Shown here piece after piece: positions 19,797-29,054 of a stretch of 64,000 nucleotides of DNA. The position numbers and the translations under genes were made by a program. Every line of letters starts with the position of its first letter. Position 1 is the first letter of the stretch. Origin of the DNA: an uncultured bacterium (GTDB taxonomy: Bacteria > Verrucomicrobiota > Verrucomicrobiia > Limisphaerales > UBA8199); contig CAVVMW010000004.1 in the NCBI GenBank assembly GCA_963749495.1, forward strand, positions 288,001 to 352,000, given 5' to 3'. The notes below the pieces were generated by a model. It made no database searches, was not told the DNA's origin, and saw nothing but the letters and a program-made list of their open reading frames with translations.

Positions 19797-21746
19797 ATGT
19801 GCGGCATCGCTGGTGTTTTGGATCCGGGGCGCAGCACTCGTGCCTCGGAGCTTGAGTCAATAATCCTTAAGATGGCCCGGGCGCTGAGCCATCGGGGCCC
19901 GGATGACGAGGGCTGTTGGGTGGATGAAAGTGCTGGAATCGCGCTTGGACATAGGCGGCTGGCGATTATCGAACTCAGCCCCGAGGGGCATCAGCCCATG
20001 CGCTCGGCCAACGGCCGTTATATCACCACTTTCAACGGCGAGATATACAATTTTCGTAGCCTGCGGGCTGAACTTGAGGGCTTGGGCCACCAATTCCGAG
20101 GCAGTTCAGATACAGAAGTGATGCTCGCGGCCATCAGCCAATGGGCGGTGCCCGGTGCGCTGGAGCGCTTTGTCGGGATGTTCGCCTTTGCTTTGTGGGA
20201 CAGGGAAGACCGGAGCCTCCATCTGGCGCGAGATAGGCTCGGGGAAAAGCCCCTCTATTATGGTTGGGTCGAAGGGGCGTTCCTGTTTGCCTCCGAGTTG
20301 AAGGCCCTATACAGCTACCCGGGCTGGAAGGGGAAGATAGACCAGGATGCGGTGACGCTGTTTATGCGCCACGGATACATTCCGGCGCCATATTCGATTT
20401 ACCAGAACATATTCAAGCTGACGCCAGGGACCTTTTTGAGGTTGTCAGGGGCTGCTGCCGGAAGGGTCCCGGAGCCAGAATGTTATTGGTCGCTAGCCCG
20501 CGTGGCCGAGGCTGCCGCGTGCGACCCGTTCAGCGGCTCGGAGGCAGAGGCGCAGCAGGAGTTGGAAAGCCTGCTGCGGCAGTCCGTGGCCGGGCAGATG
20601 GTGGCGGACGTGCCACTGGGGGCTTTCCTGTCCGGCGGAATAGATTCCTCGACGATCGTGGCGGTGATGCAAGCGCAGTCCGCCCAGCCGGTCAAAACAT
20701 TCACGATTGGCTTCCGGGAGAATAGGTACAACGAGGCGCAGCATGCAAAGGCGGTTGCGCACCACCTCGGCACTCAGCACACCGAGCTATACGTAACGCC
20801 TGGCGAGGCGCTAGGTGTTATCCCAAGCCTTCCGGCGGCATACGATGAGCCATTTGGCGATTCCTCGCAAATCCCAACAATGCTCCTCTCCCAGCTCGCC
20901 AAGCGGCATGTGACCGTGAGCCTCTCCGGCGATGGCGGTGACGAACTGTTTGGGGGTTACACGCGTTACCGTTTTGCGGGCAACCTCAGCCGACAGTTGT
21001 CGCGGTTGCCTCATGGGGCACGCCGGTGCATCGGAAAGCTGTTAAAGGCGCCTTCGGTTGGCTGTTGGGACGGCATGTTGGGGTGGTTGCCCTACAAAGT
21101 TGGCATGCGTGCCTTCGACGGACGGCCCGGGGATCGGCTGCACAAGCTGGCGGAACTTCTTGAATCGGAGGATCCAGATGTTCTCTACGAACGAATCATC
21201 ACCCACTGGTTGCAGGGGAGTATTGTCTCCGGCCCAAAGCGCGTGCGACCATGGGGAGGACAGGTCTCTCTTCCCCTCGGCGTAGGCGCTCTCGAGGAAC
21301 GCATGATGTACCTGGATACCATGACGTATCTCCCGGATGATATTCTGGTAAAGTTGGACCGTGCGTCGATGTCGGTAAGTTTAGAGAGTCGTGTCCCGCT
21401 TCTCGATCATCATCTTGTCGAGTTTGCCTGGCGTCTGCCCTTAGCCATGAAAATGAAGGGTAAGGGCAAGTGGCTGCTGCGGCAGGTCCTCTACAAGTAC
21501 GTTCCCAGCGCCCTGGTGGAACGCCCGAAAATGGGTTTTGGCGTTCCGCTAGACGACTGGCTACGGGGTCCCCTCCGAGACTGGGCCGATGCTCTCCTCA
21601 ACGAGTCACGTCTGAGACAGGAAGGGTTTCTTTCGCCGGTTCTTATCCAGCGATGCTGGAAGGAGCATCTGAAGGCAAATCGAAATTGGCAGTACCATTT
21701 GTGGGACGTGTTAATGTTCCAAGCGTGGCTGCAAACGCAGCGATAG
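19797..21746 (+). CDS. asnB: Asparagine synthase (glutamine-hydrolysing) family amidotransferase
   Basis: MCGIAG, HRGPD, FNGEIYN, LSGGIDSS, SGDGGDELFGGY, RPKMGFGVP. Confidence 0.95.
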   Translation: MCGIAGVLDPGRSTRASELESIILKMARALSHRGPDDEGCWVDESAGIALGHRRLAIIELSPEGHQPMRSANGRYITTFNGEIYNFRSLRAELEGLGHQFRGSSDTEVMLAAISQWAVPGALERFVGMFAFALWDREDRSLHLARDRLGEKPLYYGWVEGAFLFASELKALYSYPGWKGKIDQDAVTLFMRHGYIPAPYSIYQNIFKLTPGTFLRLSGAAAGRVPEPECYWSLARVAEAAACDPFSGSEAEAQQELESLLRQSVAGQMVADVPLGAFLSGGIDSSTIVAVMQAQSAQPVKTFTIGFRENRYNEAQHAKAVAHHLGTQHTELYVTPGEALGVIPSLPAAYDEPFGDSSQIPTMLLSQLAKRHVTVSLSGDGGDELFGGYTRYRFAGNLSRQLSRLPHGARRCIGKLLKAPSVGCWDGMLGWLPYKVGMRAFDGRPGDRLHKLAELLESEDPDVLYERIITHWLQGSIVSGPKRVRPWGGQVSLPLGVGALEERMMYLDTMTYLPDDILVKLDRASMSVSLESRVPLLDHHLVEFAWRLPLAMKMKGKGKWLLRQVLYKYVPSALVERPKMGFGVPLDDWLRGPLRDWADALLNESRLRQEGFLSPVLIQRCWKEHLKANRNWQYHLWDVLMFQAWLQTQR

Positions 21747-22086
21747 AGGAGACCCAAAGTGGGTTGAGCCGGAGGCCGACGGCCTCGCCCACCCCACAAG
21801 CCTGTCGAGGCGCGAAAAGCCCGGTCGCGTCAGAGTTGTCCTCGCCATGAGCGGAGCGACCGCAGGGGGCGCTGAAACTGAACTGCTGTCCTTCCTAACA
21901 ACCGGTTGGACGGCCTTGGCCCGTCCTTGACCGACGCAGAGTCGGAATTGTGCTCGAAGAGCGGCATGTCCTCAGGCGGCCAGCAGAGAGTTTCAGCGGC
22001 CGTTTGTGGCATTTCCGGGAGCCTTACACGGGCTTTCAGACGGCCCGCATCGCCTTTTCACCACGAGCCAGGTTGTGCGAACACCA

Positions 22087-23224
22087 TGTAAAATAATATT
22101 CGTGACCAGCGGTGCAACGGCGGGAGGGGCCGAACGACAGCTTGTTTACTTTCTCCGGTTGCACGACCGACAGCGGTTCTACTGTACCTGTTCTCACCGT
22201 TCTTGCGGCTGATAGCGACCTTCGGCGTGGTGGGAACGACTTCAGGCCGGAATTGCGTGCCTGTGGAGTTCCAGTTCAGTCGGTTGATTCTTCCCGCTTC
22301 CCGACGCTTAGGGGTGTCCTAGCGCTTTATCGCGTCGTCATCCGATCGAGACCGCACTTAGTTCACACATACGGACTAGCTGTTGATCTTGTCACCAGGT
22401 GCCTCCCGCTGGGTCGCTGCGCCCGAATTGGCAGCATGCGCAACTCCGAGGACCACCGTCCGGATTGGCTGTTCCGACTGGATGGACTGACCTCGCGGCG
22501 CCTTAACGGATACGTCTCGAACAGCCTTGCTGGCAAGAACGCCTTGGTTTACCGCGGAGGTGTCAGACCCAACCGTGTTTGCGTGATTCCAAATGGAATT
22601 GATGCTGATGCATTCGCACAGGGGTGCGATATTGGCCAAAGATTACGATTACGAGAAGAGTGGGGGGCCACAAACCGAGACCTTATAGTGCTGACGGTTG
22701 CTAACCTGCATACCCCAAAGGGGCATGAGGACATCATTAGAGCCATCCGTGAACTTGATGGTAAGGTGCCTGCGCACTTCGTCTTCGCCGGTGAAGACAG
22801 GAGCGGGGGGAACCTTGAGGAGTTTGCCCGCTCCCTAGGGGTGCGTGACCGCATCTCCTTCCTGGGCTTCCGAACCGACGTGGCGACTTTACTAGCGGCT
22901 TCCGACGTCTTCCTATTGGCGTTGCACTGGGAAGGGATGCCCAACGCCCTTATGGAGGCAATGAGTGTGGGAACTCCTATCATTGCAACCGACGTGGGCG
23001 CGGCAAGAGAGCTATTGGACAGCGGACAGTGCGGTCAATTGATTCCTCCGCGGGCGCCCGCGGTCATCGCCGATGCTCTTCGGCGCTACGCCGAGGATAG
23101 GGACTTGCGTATGAAGCACGGCGCGGCAGCGAGAGCTCGTGTAAGAGGACGGTACACTATTCACCAAATGGTTAGGGCTCAAGAGGACTATTACGAACGC
23201 CTTTTTCATCGAAGGGATGAGTGA
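22087..23224 (+). CDS. GT4 glycosyltransferase; frameshift near 22190, start uncertain
   Basis: KIIFVTSGATAGGAERQL in one frame; VIPNGID, PKGHEDII, WEGMPNALMEAM in the main ORF. Confidence 0.8.
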
Positions 23225-23336
23225 TCGTTCGTGGGCTTGAATCAGTTGACAATATAAGGTCCAGCTCATATCTAGACTAGTTGCAGTCATGCCAGGCTGC
23301 CGGCAGCCCAAAGTGATGAATGGTGTTCATCATCAA

Positions 23337-24569
23337 ATGGCGCGAATCCTGCATATCGTAGGTGACTCCAAGTACGGAGGTGGCGGCGTCTTGATCGAAA
23401 GGCTGGCAACGGAAGCCACGAGGCTTGGCCACGAAGTTTTCGTCCTGACAACGGATTCGGTCTTTCAAAAACGTTTGCGGACGGCGGGAGTGGGAGTCGT
23501 GGACTTGGATTGCATCTGGCGCCCCATCCGGCCGATCCGAGACATCGTGGGGCTCATGCGCCTGTGGCGCTATCTGTCGAAACAACGGTACGACATCGTT
23601 CACACACACACGTCGAAGGCCGGATTCGCTGGGCGGCTGGCCGCGCGCTGGGCCGGGGTGCCGGTAATCGTGCATACCGTGCATGGCTTTGCATTCCATG
23701 AAGCGTCATCGAGATGTGCAGTGCTGTTCTACTCGCTGCTGGAACGGGTAGCTGCGCGCTTCTGCGACGCCCTTATAACCGTCAGCCAGTTTCACTGCGA
23801 CTGGGCGGCGCGCCTTCGGATAGGTGACGAGCGGACGCGGATGGCCATCCCGAACGGCATTGACGCTACCCGTGTCAAACCGCAATGCGCGGGGGACGAG
23901 GTTCGCGCCGAGCTTGGGGTACGCGAAGGCGAGATTGTGTGTCTGACCACGGGCCGCCTAGCTAAGCAGAAAGGCATTGACGTTATGATTCGGGCGTTGG
24001 CGGCCATGCCGGACGCGACCAACATTCGTTCCATTCTTGCCGGGGACGGCGAGGAACGCGCGCCACTTGAACAGATGGTCCGGAATCTGGGGCTGGGTCA
24101 GAAGGTTGTCTTCCTGGGGTTCAGAACCGATCTTGGCGATCTCCTCAGAGCTGCGGACATGGTGGTTTTGCCGAGTCTGCGGGAAGGACTTTCGATTTCG
24201 CTTCTGGAGGCGATGGCCGCGGGCAAGCCAATCATCACAACCAACATCGGAAGCAATCTGGAAGTGGTCCGTGAAGGCGAAGTGGCCCGGATCGTGAGCG
24301 CGGGGTGCGCGAGTGAGCTTGCGGACGCCATGGTGAACATGGCGAGTGACACAGAACTGCGAGCGGAACTGGGAAGCAAGGCCTTGGCAGAGTTTGAGCG
24401 AAGCTATCGCGAGGAGTTCATGCTGGGTCAATATATGGCCCTCTACTCGCGTCTGCTGGGTGAAAAAGGCCTTCAACCCCGCAGTTTCCAATCAAGCGTG
24501 TGTCCGGCGCCGTGTAATCCGTTAGGGACGGCCAACTGCAGTGGTCATGACTGCTCACGAGCCGAATAA
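23337..24569 (+). CDS. GT4 glycosyltransferase
   Basis: DIVHTHTSKAG, HTVHGF, GRLAKQKG, PSLREGLSISLLEAMAAG. Confidence 0.92.
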   Translation: MARILHIVGDSKYGGGGVLIERLATEATRLGHEVFVLTTDSVFQKRLRTAGVGVVDLDCIWRPIRPIRDIVGLMRLWRYLSKQRYDIVHTHTSKAGFAGRLAARWAGVPVIVHTVHGFAFHEASSRCAVLFYSLLERVAARFCDALITVSQFHCDWAARLRIGDERTRMAIPNGIDATRVKPQCAGDEVRAELGVREGEIVCLTTGRLAKQKGIDVMIRALAAMPDATNIRSILAGDGEERAPLEQMVRNLGLGQKVVFLGFRTDLGDLLRAADMVVLPSLREGLSISLLEAMAAGKPIITTNIGSNLEVVREGEVARIVSAGCASELADAMVNMASDTELRAELGSKALAEFERSYREEFMLGQYMALYSRLLGEKGLQPRSFQSSVCPAPCNPLGTANCSGHDCSRAE

Positions 24570-25182
24570 GCCGGCGGGACTGAACCTTGGGACGCTGGAG
24601 AGCCGACACATTGAAGATGTGATCCGCATCCACCTTCATGGCTTTCCCAGCTTCTTCCTGAGCTTCCTCGGGCAACGCTTTCTGCGCGAATTCTACGGTT
24701 CGTTTCTTAGGGATCCGGTAGGAATGGCTTTTGTGGCGCGCGATGAGCGTGATGTAGTGGTTGGGACTATCGTTGGGCCGCTAGATCCACGTGGGTTCTT
24801 CAGCAGGTTGCTCCGTCGCCGATGGTGGGCGTTTTGCCAGGCATCTTTGGCGGCGGTGTTGGCCCGCCCGTCAACCGTTCCCCGTTTGATCCGAGCACTG
24901 GCTTACCGCGGTGATGCGCCACGGGGTCCGGTGCGTGCCTTGCTAAGTTCAGTGGTGGTGTCGCCTTCGGCTCAGGGGCACGGAGTGGGCAAAGCTCTCG
25001 TTCTGCGTTGGCTTCAAGAGGCCGGTCAACGCGGAGTTTCAGGTTGTTACCTTACCACCGACGCTGACAACAACGATGCAGTGAACAGGTTTTATCTTTC
25101 GATCGGCTGGAAGCTCGAGTCCACCTACACCACCCGGGAAGGTCGGCAGATGAATCGTTACACATATGATTTTGACCACTGA
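24547..25182 (+). CDS. GNAT-family N-acetyltransferase
   Basis: VVSPSAQGHGVGKAL motif A; NDAVNRFYLSIGW. Confidence 0.85.
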   Translation: MTAHEPNKPAGLNLGTLESRHIEDVIRIHLHGFPSFFLSFLGQRFLREFYGSFLRDPVGMAFVARDERDVVVGTIVGPLDPRGFFSRLLRRRWWAFCQASLAAVLARPSTVPRLIRALAYRGDAPRGPVRALLSSVVVSPSAQGHGVGKALVLRWLQEAGQRGVSGCYLTTDADNNDAVNRFYLSIGWKLESTYTTREGRQMNRYTYDFDH

Positions 25183-25206
25183 GACCGACTACCATCCACC
25201 AGCCGC

Positions 25207-26661
25207 ATGATTGTTCCCTTTTATCGCCCCAGCGTCACTCAATCCGAGATGGACGAGGTGTCGGAGTGCCTCAAATCCGGCTGGTTGACGACGGGACCGA
25301 GGGCGAGACAGTTCGAGGGAGAGTTTGCCACTTACATCGGGCGGAACCACGCGGTGGCCCTGAACTCATGCACCGCGGCCCTGCACCTGGCGCTGGAAGC
25401 GATTGGTCTTACGGAACACCAAGCGGTCGTGGTCCCCACGATGACGTTCGCAGCCTCTGGCGAGGTGGTTCGCTATCTGGGCGCCGACCCCATCCTCGTC
25501 GATTGCCGGGAACAGGATTTCAATCTCGATGTCGGAGATGCGGAGCGCCGGATCCTGGAAGCCTTGGGCCGGGACGAGAAGGTCGTGGCGGTCATTCCGG
25601 TCCATTACGGCGGCCAGGTTGGGGACGCCGCCGGGGTGCGGAGGCTCGCGCAGAAGTACCATCTCAAGGTGGTCGAGGATGCGGCGCATTGCTGCCCGGC
25701 GTACTACAGGGGAAAAGCAGAAAATGGAAAGCAGAAAACGGAAAGCACAAAAGCCAAAGTTGAAATTCAGAAAGCGGAAAGCGGAAACCGGAGGACGGAA
25801 GACGCAGGACGGGGGATGGAGGACGGGGGACGGGAGGGAAAAGCTGAAAAGCTGAAAACTGAAATGCTGAAAGGCCCAACTCTCAACTCTCAACTCTCAG
25901 CTCTCAATTACGCCGCCGACGGCTGGAAGCCCGTGGGTGCGGACGCAGACATAACCTGCTTTTCATTTTATGCGAACAAGTGCATCACCACCGGAGAGGG
26001 GGGCATGGCATGCACGGACTCGGAGGAATACGCGGACCGGATGCGGATCATGTCGCTGCACGGGATTTCCAAAGATGCATGGAAGCGGTTCACGGCCGAG
26101 GGCTCGTGGTACTACGAGATCGTCGCTCCCGGCTACAAGTACAACATGACGGATATAGCCGCCGCGATCGGCATTCACCAATTGCGCCGGGCCGATGAGC
26201 TGCATCAGAAGCGGCGCAACATTGCCGCGCTTTACACGCGGCTCCTGGAAGGGGTCGAGGAATTGATTCTTCCCCGCGAGCTGCCAAACCGCATTCACTC
26301 CTGGCATCTCTACGCCATTCGGCTGAACCTGGATCGCCTAACTATCGATCGTGCGCAGGTCATCCAGCGAATGAAGCAACGGGGGATCGGCGCCAGCGTT
26401 CACTGGATGCCGCTCCACATGCACCCGTATTACCGTGAAAAATACGGTTACAAGCCGGAAGACTTCCCGGTCGCGGCAGGTCTCTATCCGCAGCTCGTCA
26501 CGTTGCCTCTCTATCCGGACATGAAGCAGGAGGAGGTCGAGTATGTGTGCGACACTTTGAAATCGATCCTAGCCCGGAACCTCTCCACAGTCCACAGTCC
26601 ACAGTCCAGCCTTCGCTCCTGGGGCAGCTACGGCTGGCAGGCCACCGTCCACGGTCCGTAG
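25207..26661 (+). CDS. DegT/DnrJ/EryC1/StrS aminotransferase with ~70-aa repeat-derived insertion
   Basis: GWLTTGP, NSCTAALHLAL, EDAAH, FSFYANKCITTGEGGM, GYKYNMTD, LPLYP; insertion ~25714-25917. Confidence 0.95.
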   Translation: MIVPFYRPSVTQSEMDEVSECLKSGWLTTGPRARQFEGEFATYIGRNHAVALNSCTAALHLALEAIGLTEHQAVVVPTMTFAASGEVVRYLGADPILVDCREQDFNLDVGDAERRILEALGRDEKVVAVIPVHYGGQVGDAAGVRRLAQKYHLKVVEDAAHCCPAYYRGKAENGKQKTESTKAKVEIQKAESGNRRTEDAGRGMEDGGREGKAEKLKTEMLKGPTLNSQLSALNYAADGWKPVGADADITCFSFYANKCITTGEGGMACTDSEEYADRMRIMSLHGISKDAWKRFTAEGSWYYEIVAPGYKYNMTDIAAAIGIHQLRRADELHQKRRNIAALYTRLLEGVEELILPRELPNRIHSWHLYAIRLNLDRLTIDRAQVIQRMKQRGIGASVHWMPLHMHPYYREKYGYKPEDFPVAAGLYPQLVTLPLYPDMKQEEVEYVCDTLKSILARNLSTVHSPQSSLRSWGSYGWQATVHGP

Positions 26662-27161
26662 TCCGCAGTCCCATTTCTGCTTTCTGCCTTCCCAATTTCA
26701 GCTTTGTTTTTCAGATTTCAGATTTCAGATTTCAGATTTCAGCTTTCAGCTTTTTGAGGCTCCGTCCACGGTTCACGGTCCGTAGTCCGCAGTCCCATTT
26801 CTGCTTTCTGCCTTCCCAATTTCAGCTTTGTTTTTCAGATTTCAGATTTCAGATTTCAACTTTCAGCTTTCAGCTTTTTGAGGCTCCGTCCACGGTTCAC
26901 GGTCCGTAATCCGCAGTCCCATTTCTGCTTTCTGCCTTCCCAATTTCAGCTTTGTTTTTCAGATTTCAGATTTCAGATTTCAACTTTCAGCTTTCAGCTT
27001 TTTGAGGCTCCGTCCACGGTTCACGGTCCGTAGTCCGCAGTCCTATTTCTGCTTTCTGCCTTCCCAATTTCAGCTTTGTTTTTCAGATTTCAGATTTCAG
27101 ATTTCAACTTTCAGCTTTCAGCTTTTTGAGGCTCCGTCCACCGTCCACGGTCCGTAGTCCC
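26650..27161 (+). repeat. Four near-identical 124-bp tandem units plus a partial fifth
   Basis: Units start at 26650, 26774, 26898, 27022 (partial at 27146); each has CACGGTCCGTAGTCCGCAGTCCC, TTTCTGC x2 and six TTTCAGA/TTTCAAC/TTTCAGC heptamers. Confidence 0.95.
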
Positions 27162-27169
27162 GCACTCAT

Positions 27170-28072
27170 ATGTTCTACATTTTTCTCAAACGGCCATTTG
27201 ACTGCGTTTGTTCCGGCGTGGGGCTTTTACTCCTGCTGCCGGTGGGGCTAGTTGCCGGCCTGTTGATAAAGCTTTGTGATGGCGGCCCCATTTTCTACAG
27301 CCAGATCCGCATTGGCCAATTCGGGGTACCATTTCGCATCTGGAAGTTCCGCACCATGGTTGTCAACGCCGAGCGCCTTGGCCCGGGCATTACGAAGGAC
27401 GGCGACCCGCGCATCATACGCATCGGCCGATTCCTGCGCAAAACCAAGCTCGATGAACTGCCCCAACTCTGGAACGTCCTTCGCGGCGAAATGAGCTTGG
27501 TCGGGCCGCGCCCCGAAGTGCCCGGTTATGTGGCGAAATACACGCCCGAGCAAAGGAAAGTCCTGGCGCTCCAGCCTGGAATCACCGACCTCGCCACCCT
27601 GGAGTTTCGGAATGAGGAAGAGATGCTGAGAGCGGAAAGCAGAAAGCAGAAAGCAGAAAGCAGAAATGCGGAGGGGGGAGCGGGGGATGGGAAAGCTGAA
27701 ATGCTGAGAGGTGAAATGCTGAAATCTGAAATGCTAAAAGGGGAGCAAGGAGCGGAGAACGGAAGACGGAAGACGGAGGACGGAGGACGGAAGACGGAGG
27801 ACGGAGGACTGAAGACGGAGGACGGAAGAGGGAAGACGGAGGACGGAGGAGGGTACAGTTCCGAGGTGGAGAAGTTTTATGTGGAGTATTGCCTGCCGCA
27901 GAAGATTCATCTGAACCTGGCCTACGCCAGCCGGGCGAGTGTTTGGGAGGACACGAAGCTGATCCTCCGAACAGTCTGGGCGCTGGGCGCGAGACGGAGT
28001 GCGCAAGACGGAGGACGGAGGACGGAAGGCAGCGGACTACGGAACTACTATGAGAGCGTAAACAAGGATTGA
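27170..28072 (+). CDS. Priming sugar (phosphoglycosyl) transferase with ~75-aa repeat-derived insertion
   Basis: LKRPFD, KFRTM, DPRIIRIGRFLRKTKLDELPQLWNVLRGEMSLVGPRPE, PGIT; insertion ~27629-27862. Confidence 0.95.
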   Translation: MFYIFLKRPFDCVCSGVGLLLLLPVGLVAGLLIKLCDGGPIFYSQIRIGQFGVPFRIWKFRTMVVNAERLGPGITKDGDPRIIRIGRFLRKTKLDELPQLWNVLRGEMSLVGPRPEVPGYVAKYTPEQRKVLALQPGITDLATLEFRNEEEMLRAESRKQKAESRNAEGGAGDGKAEMLRGEMLKSEMLKGEQGAENGRRKTEDGGRKTEDGGLKTEDGRGKTEDGGGYSSEVEKFYVEYCLPQKIHLNLAYASRASVWEDTKLILRTVWALGARRSAQDGGRRTEGSGLRNYYESVNKD

Positions 28073-28210
28073 AGCCGCGGAATCTGCGGGGCTTCAGGCT
28101 CCGGAACACGGAGGCAGGGGGGCCGAGGACGGAACACGGAGGACGGAAGACGGAGGACCACGGGCCAACGGACTACATGACTATTGGCCACGGGACTACG
28201 GACAACAACA
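28005..28210 (+). repeat. GGACGGA/GGACTAC heptamer-family tract
   Basis: GACGGAGGACGGAGGACGGAAG, GGACTACGG, GGACGGAAGACGGAGGACC across the transferase 3' end and the intergenic gap. Confidence 0.8.
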
Positions 28211-28245
28211 GCCCCACGCAAAGGACTCGAAGGACGCCAAGGCAC

Positions 28246-29052
28246 ATGAAGCAATTCGTTGCACCTTTAGCGGAACCGCTAGGCGCTATCTGGCTGTTCA
28301 TGGCTCTGGGTGCGCTGTGGTTGCTCTGGCGGCGGCAGTGGCGTTGCGCGGTGTGGCTGGGTGTTCCGGCGCTGCTTTTATTCATCGTCGGCAGCACGCC
28401 GGTGGCGGAGACCCTCGTGGCGGGCGTCGAAGCGGGGACGGTGGGCGGGCATCTTACAGGAGCAAACGGAGAGAACCGAGCAGGGAAGACGGAGGACGGA
28501 GGCGGGACGGTGGTGCTGATGCTTGGTGGAGGGTATTACGTTTCGGACAGGGATCCGTATGGGTTCGCGTTGTGCGATGCAGGGAGCCGGGTGCTGACCG
28601 CATTAGAGCTCATTCGGACGGAAAAGGCGTCGGCGCTGGTGCTGGGCGGCAGTCTGCCGGTGCCTGGCAGGCCGGGCGTAACTGCGCCATCACTGCTGGA
28701 GCGCTGGGTCGCAGCGTGGGGCCTGGCCAGGACAGCCTGGGTGGTAACGAACCTCGGTATCTGCATGAACACGCGCGATGAGGCGGTGCAGTTCCGCAAG
28801 CTGGAGAAGGCATATCGCTGGCGGAAGGTGCTGCTGGTCACCTCCGCGCTGCATATTCCGCGTTCGGTGGGGTTGTTTAGGAAGCAGGGGATCGAGGTGG
28901 AACCAGTGGCGTGTGATTTCCAGGCTTATGGTGTTCCCGGCGCGCGACTCTCCTTTTCGCCTTTTCCCAGGCAGCGCCGGTTCCAAATGTTAGGGCTTTA
29001 CCTTCACGAGAAGATCGGGTGGTGGGTGTATCGGGCGAGGGGTTGGGTGTGA
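28246..29052 (+). CDS. YdcF/DUF218 family protein with short repeat-derived insertion
   Basis: N-terminal TMs, VVLMLGGG, NTRDEA, LLVTSALHIPRS, LHEKIG; insertion GGHLTGANGENRAGKTEDGGG. Confidence 0.88.
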   Translation: MKQFVAPLAEPLGAIWLFMALGALWLLWRRQWRCAVWLGVPALLLFIVGSTPVAETLVAGVEAGTVGGHLTGANGENRAGKTEDGGGTVVLMLGGGYYVSDRDPYGFALCDAGSRVLTALELIRTEKASALVLGGSLPVPGRPGVTAPSLLERWVAAWGLARTAWVVTNLGICMNTRDEAVQFRKLEKAYRWRKVLLVTSALHIPRSVGLFRKQGIEVEPVACDFQAYGVPGARLSFSPFPRQRRFQMLGLYLHEKIGWWVYRARGWV

Positions 29053-29054
29053 GG

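Noticed and set aside
26650..27161. CRISPR array
   Set aside because: The 124-bp units are near-identical along their whole length with no unique spacers, and no cas genes are present.
25714..27862. Inteins or group I/II introns in DegT and the transferase
   Set aside because: No Cys/Ser...His-Asn intein ends and no intron consensus or maturase; the inserts are low-complexity and frame-preserving.
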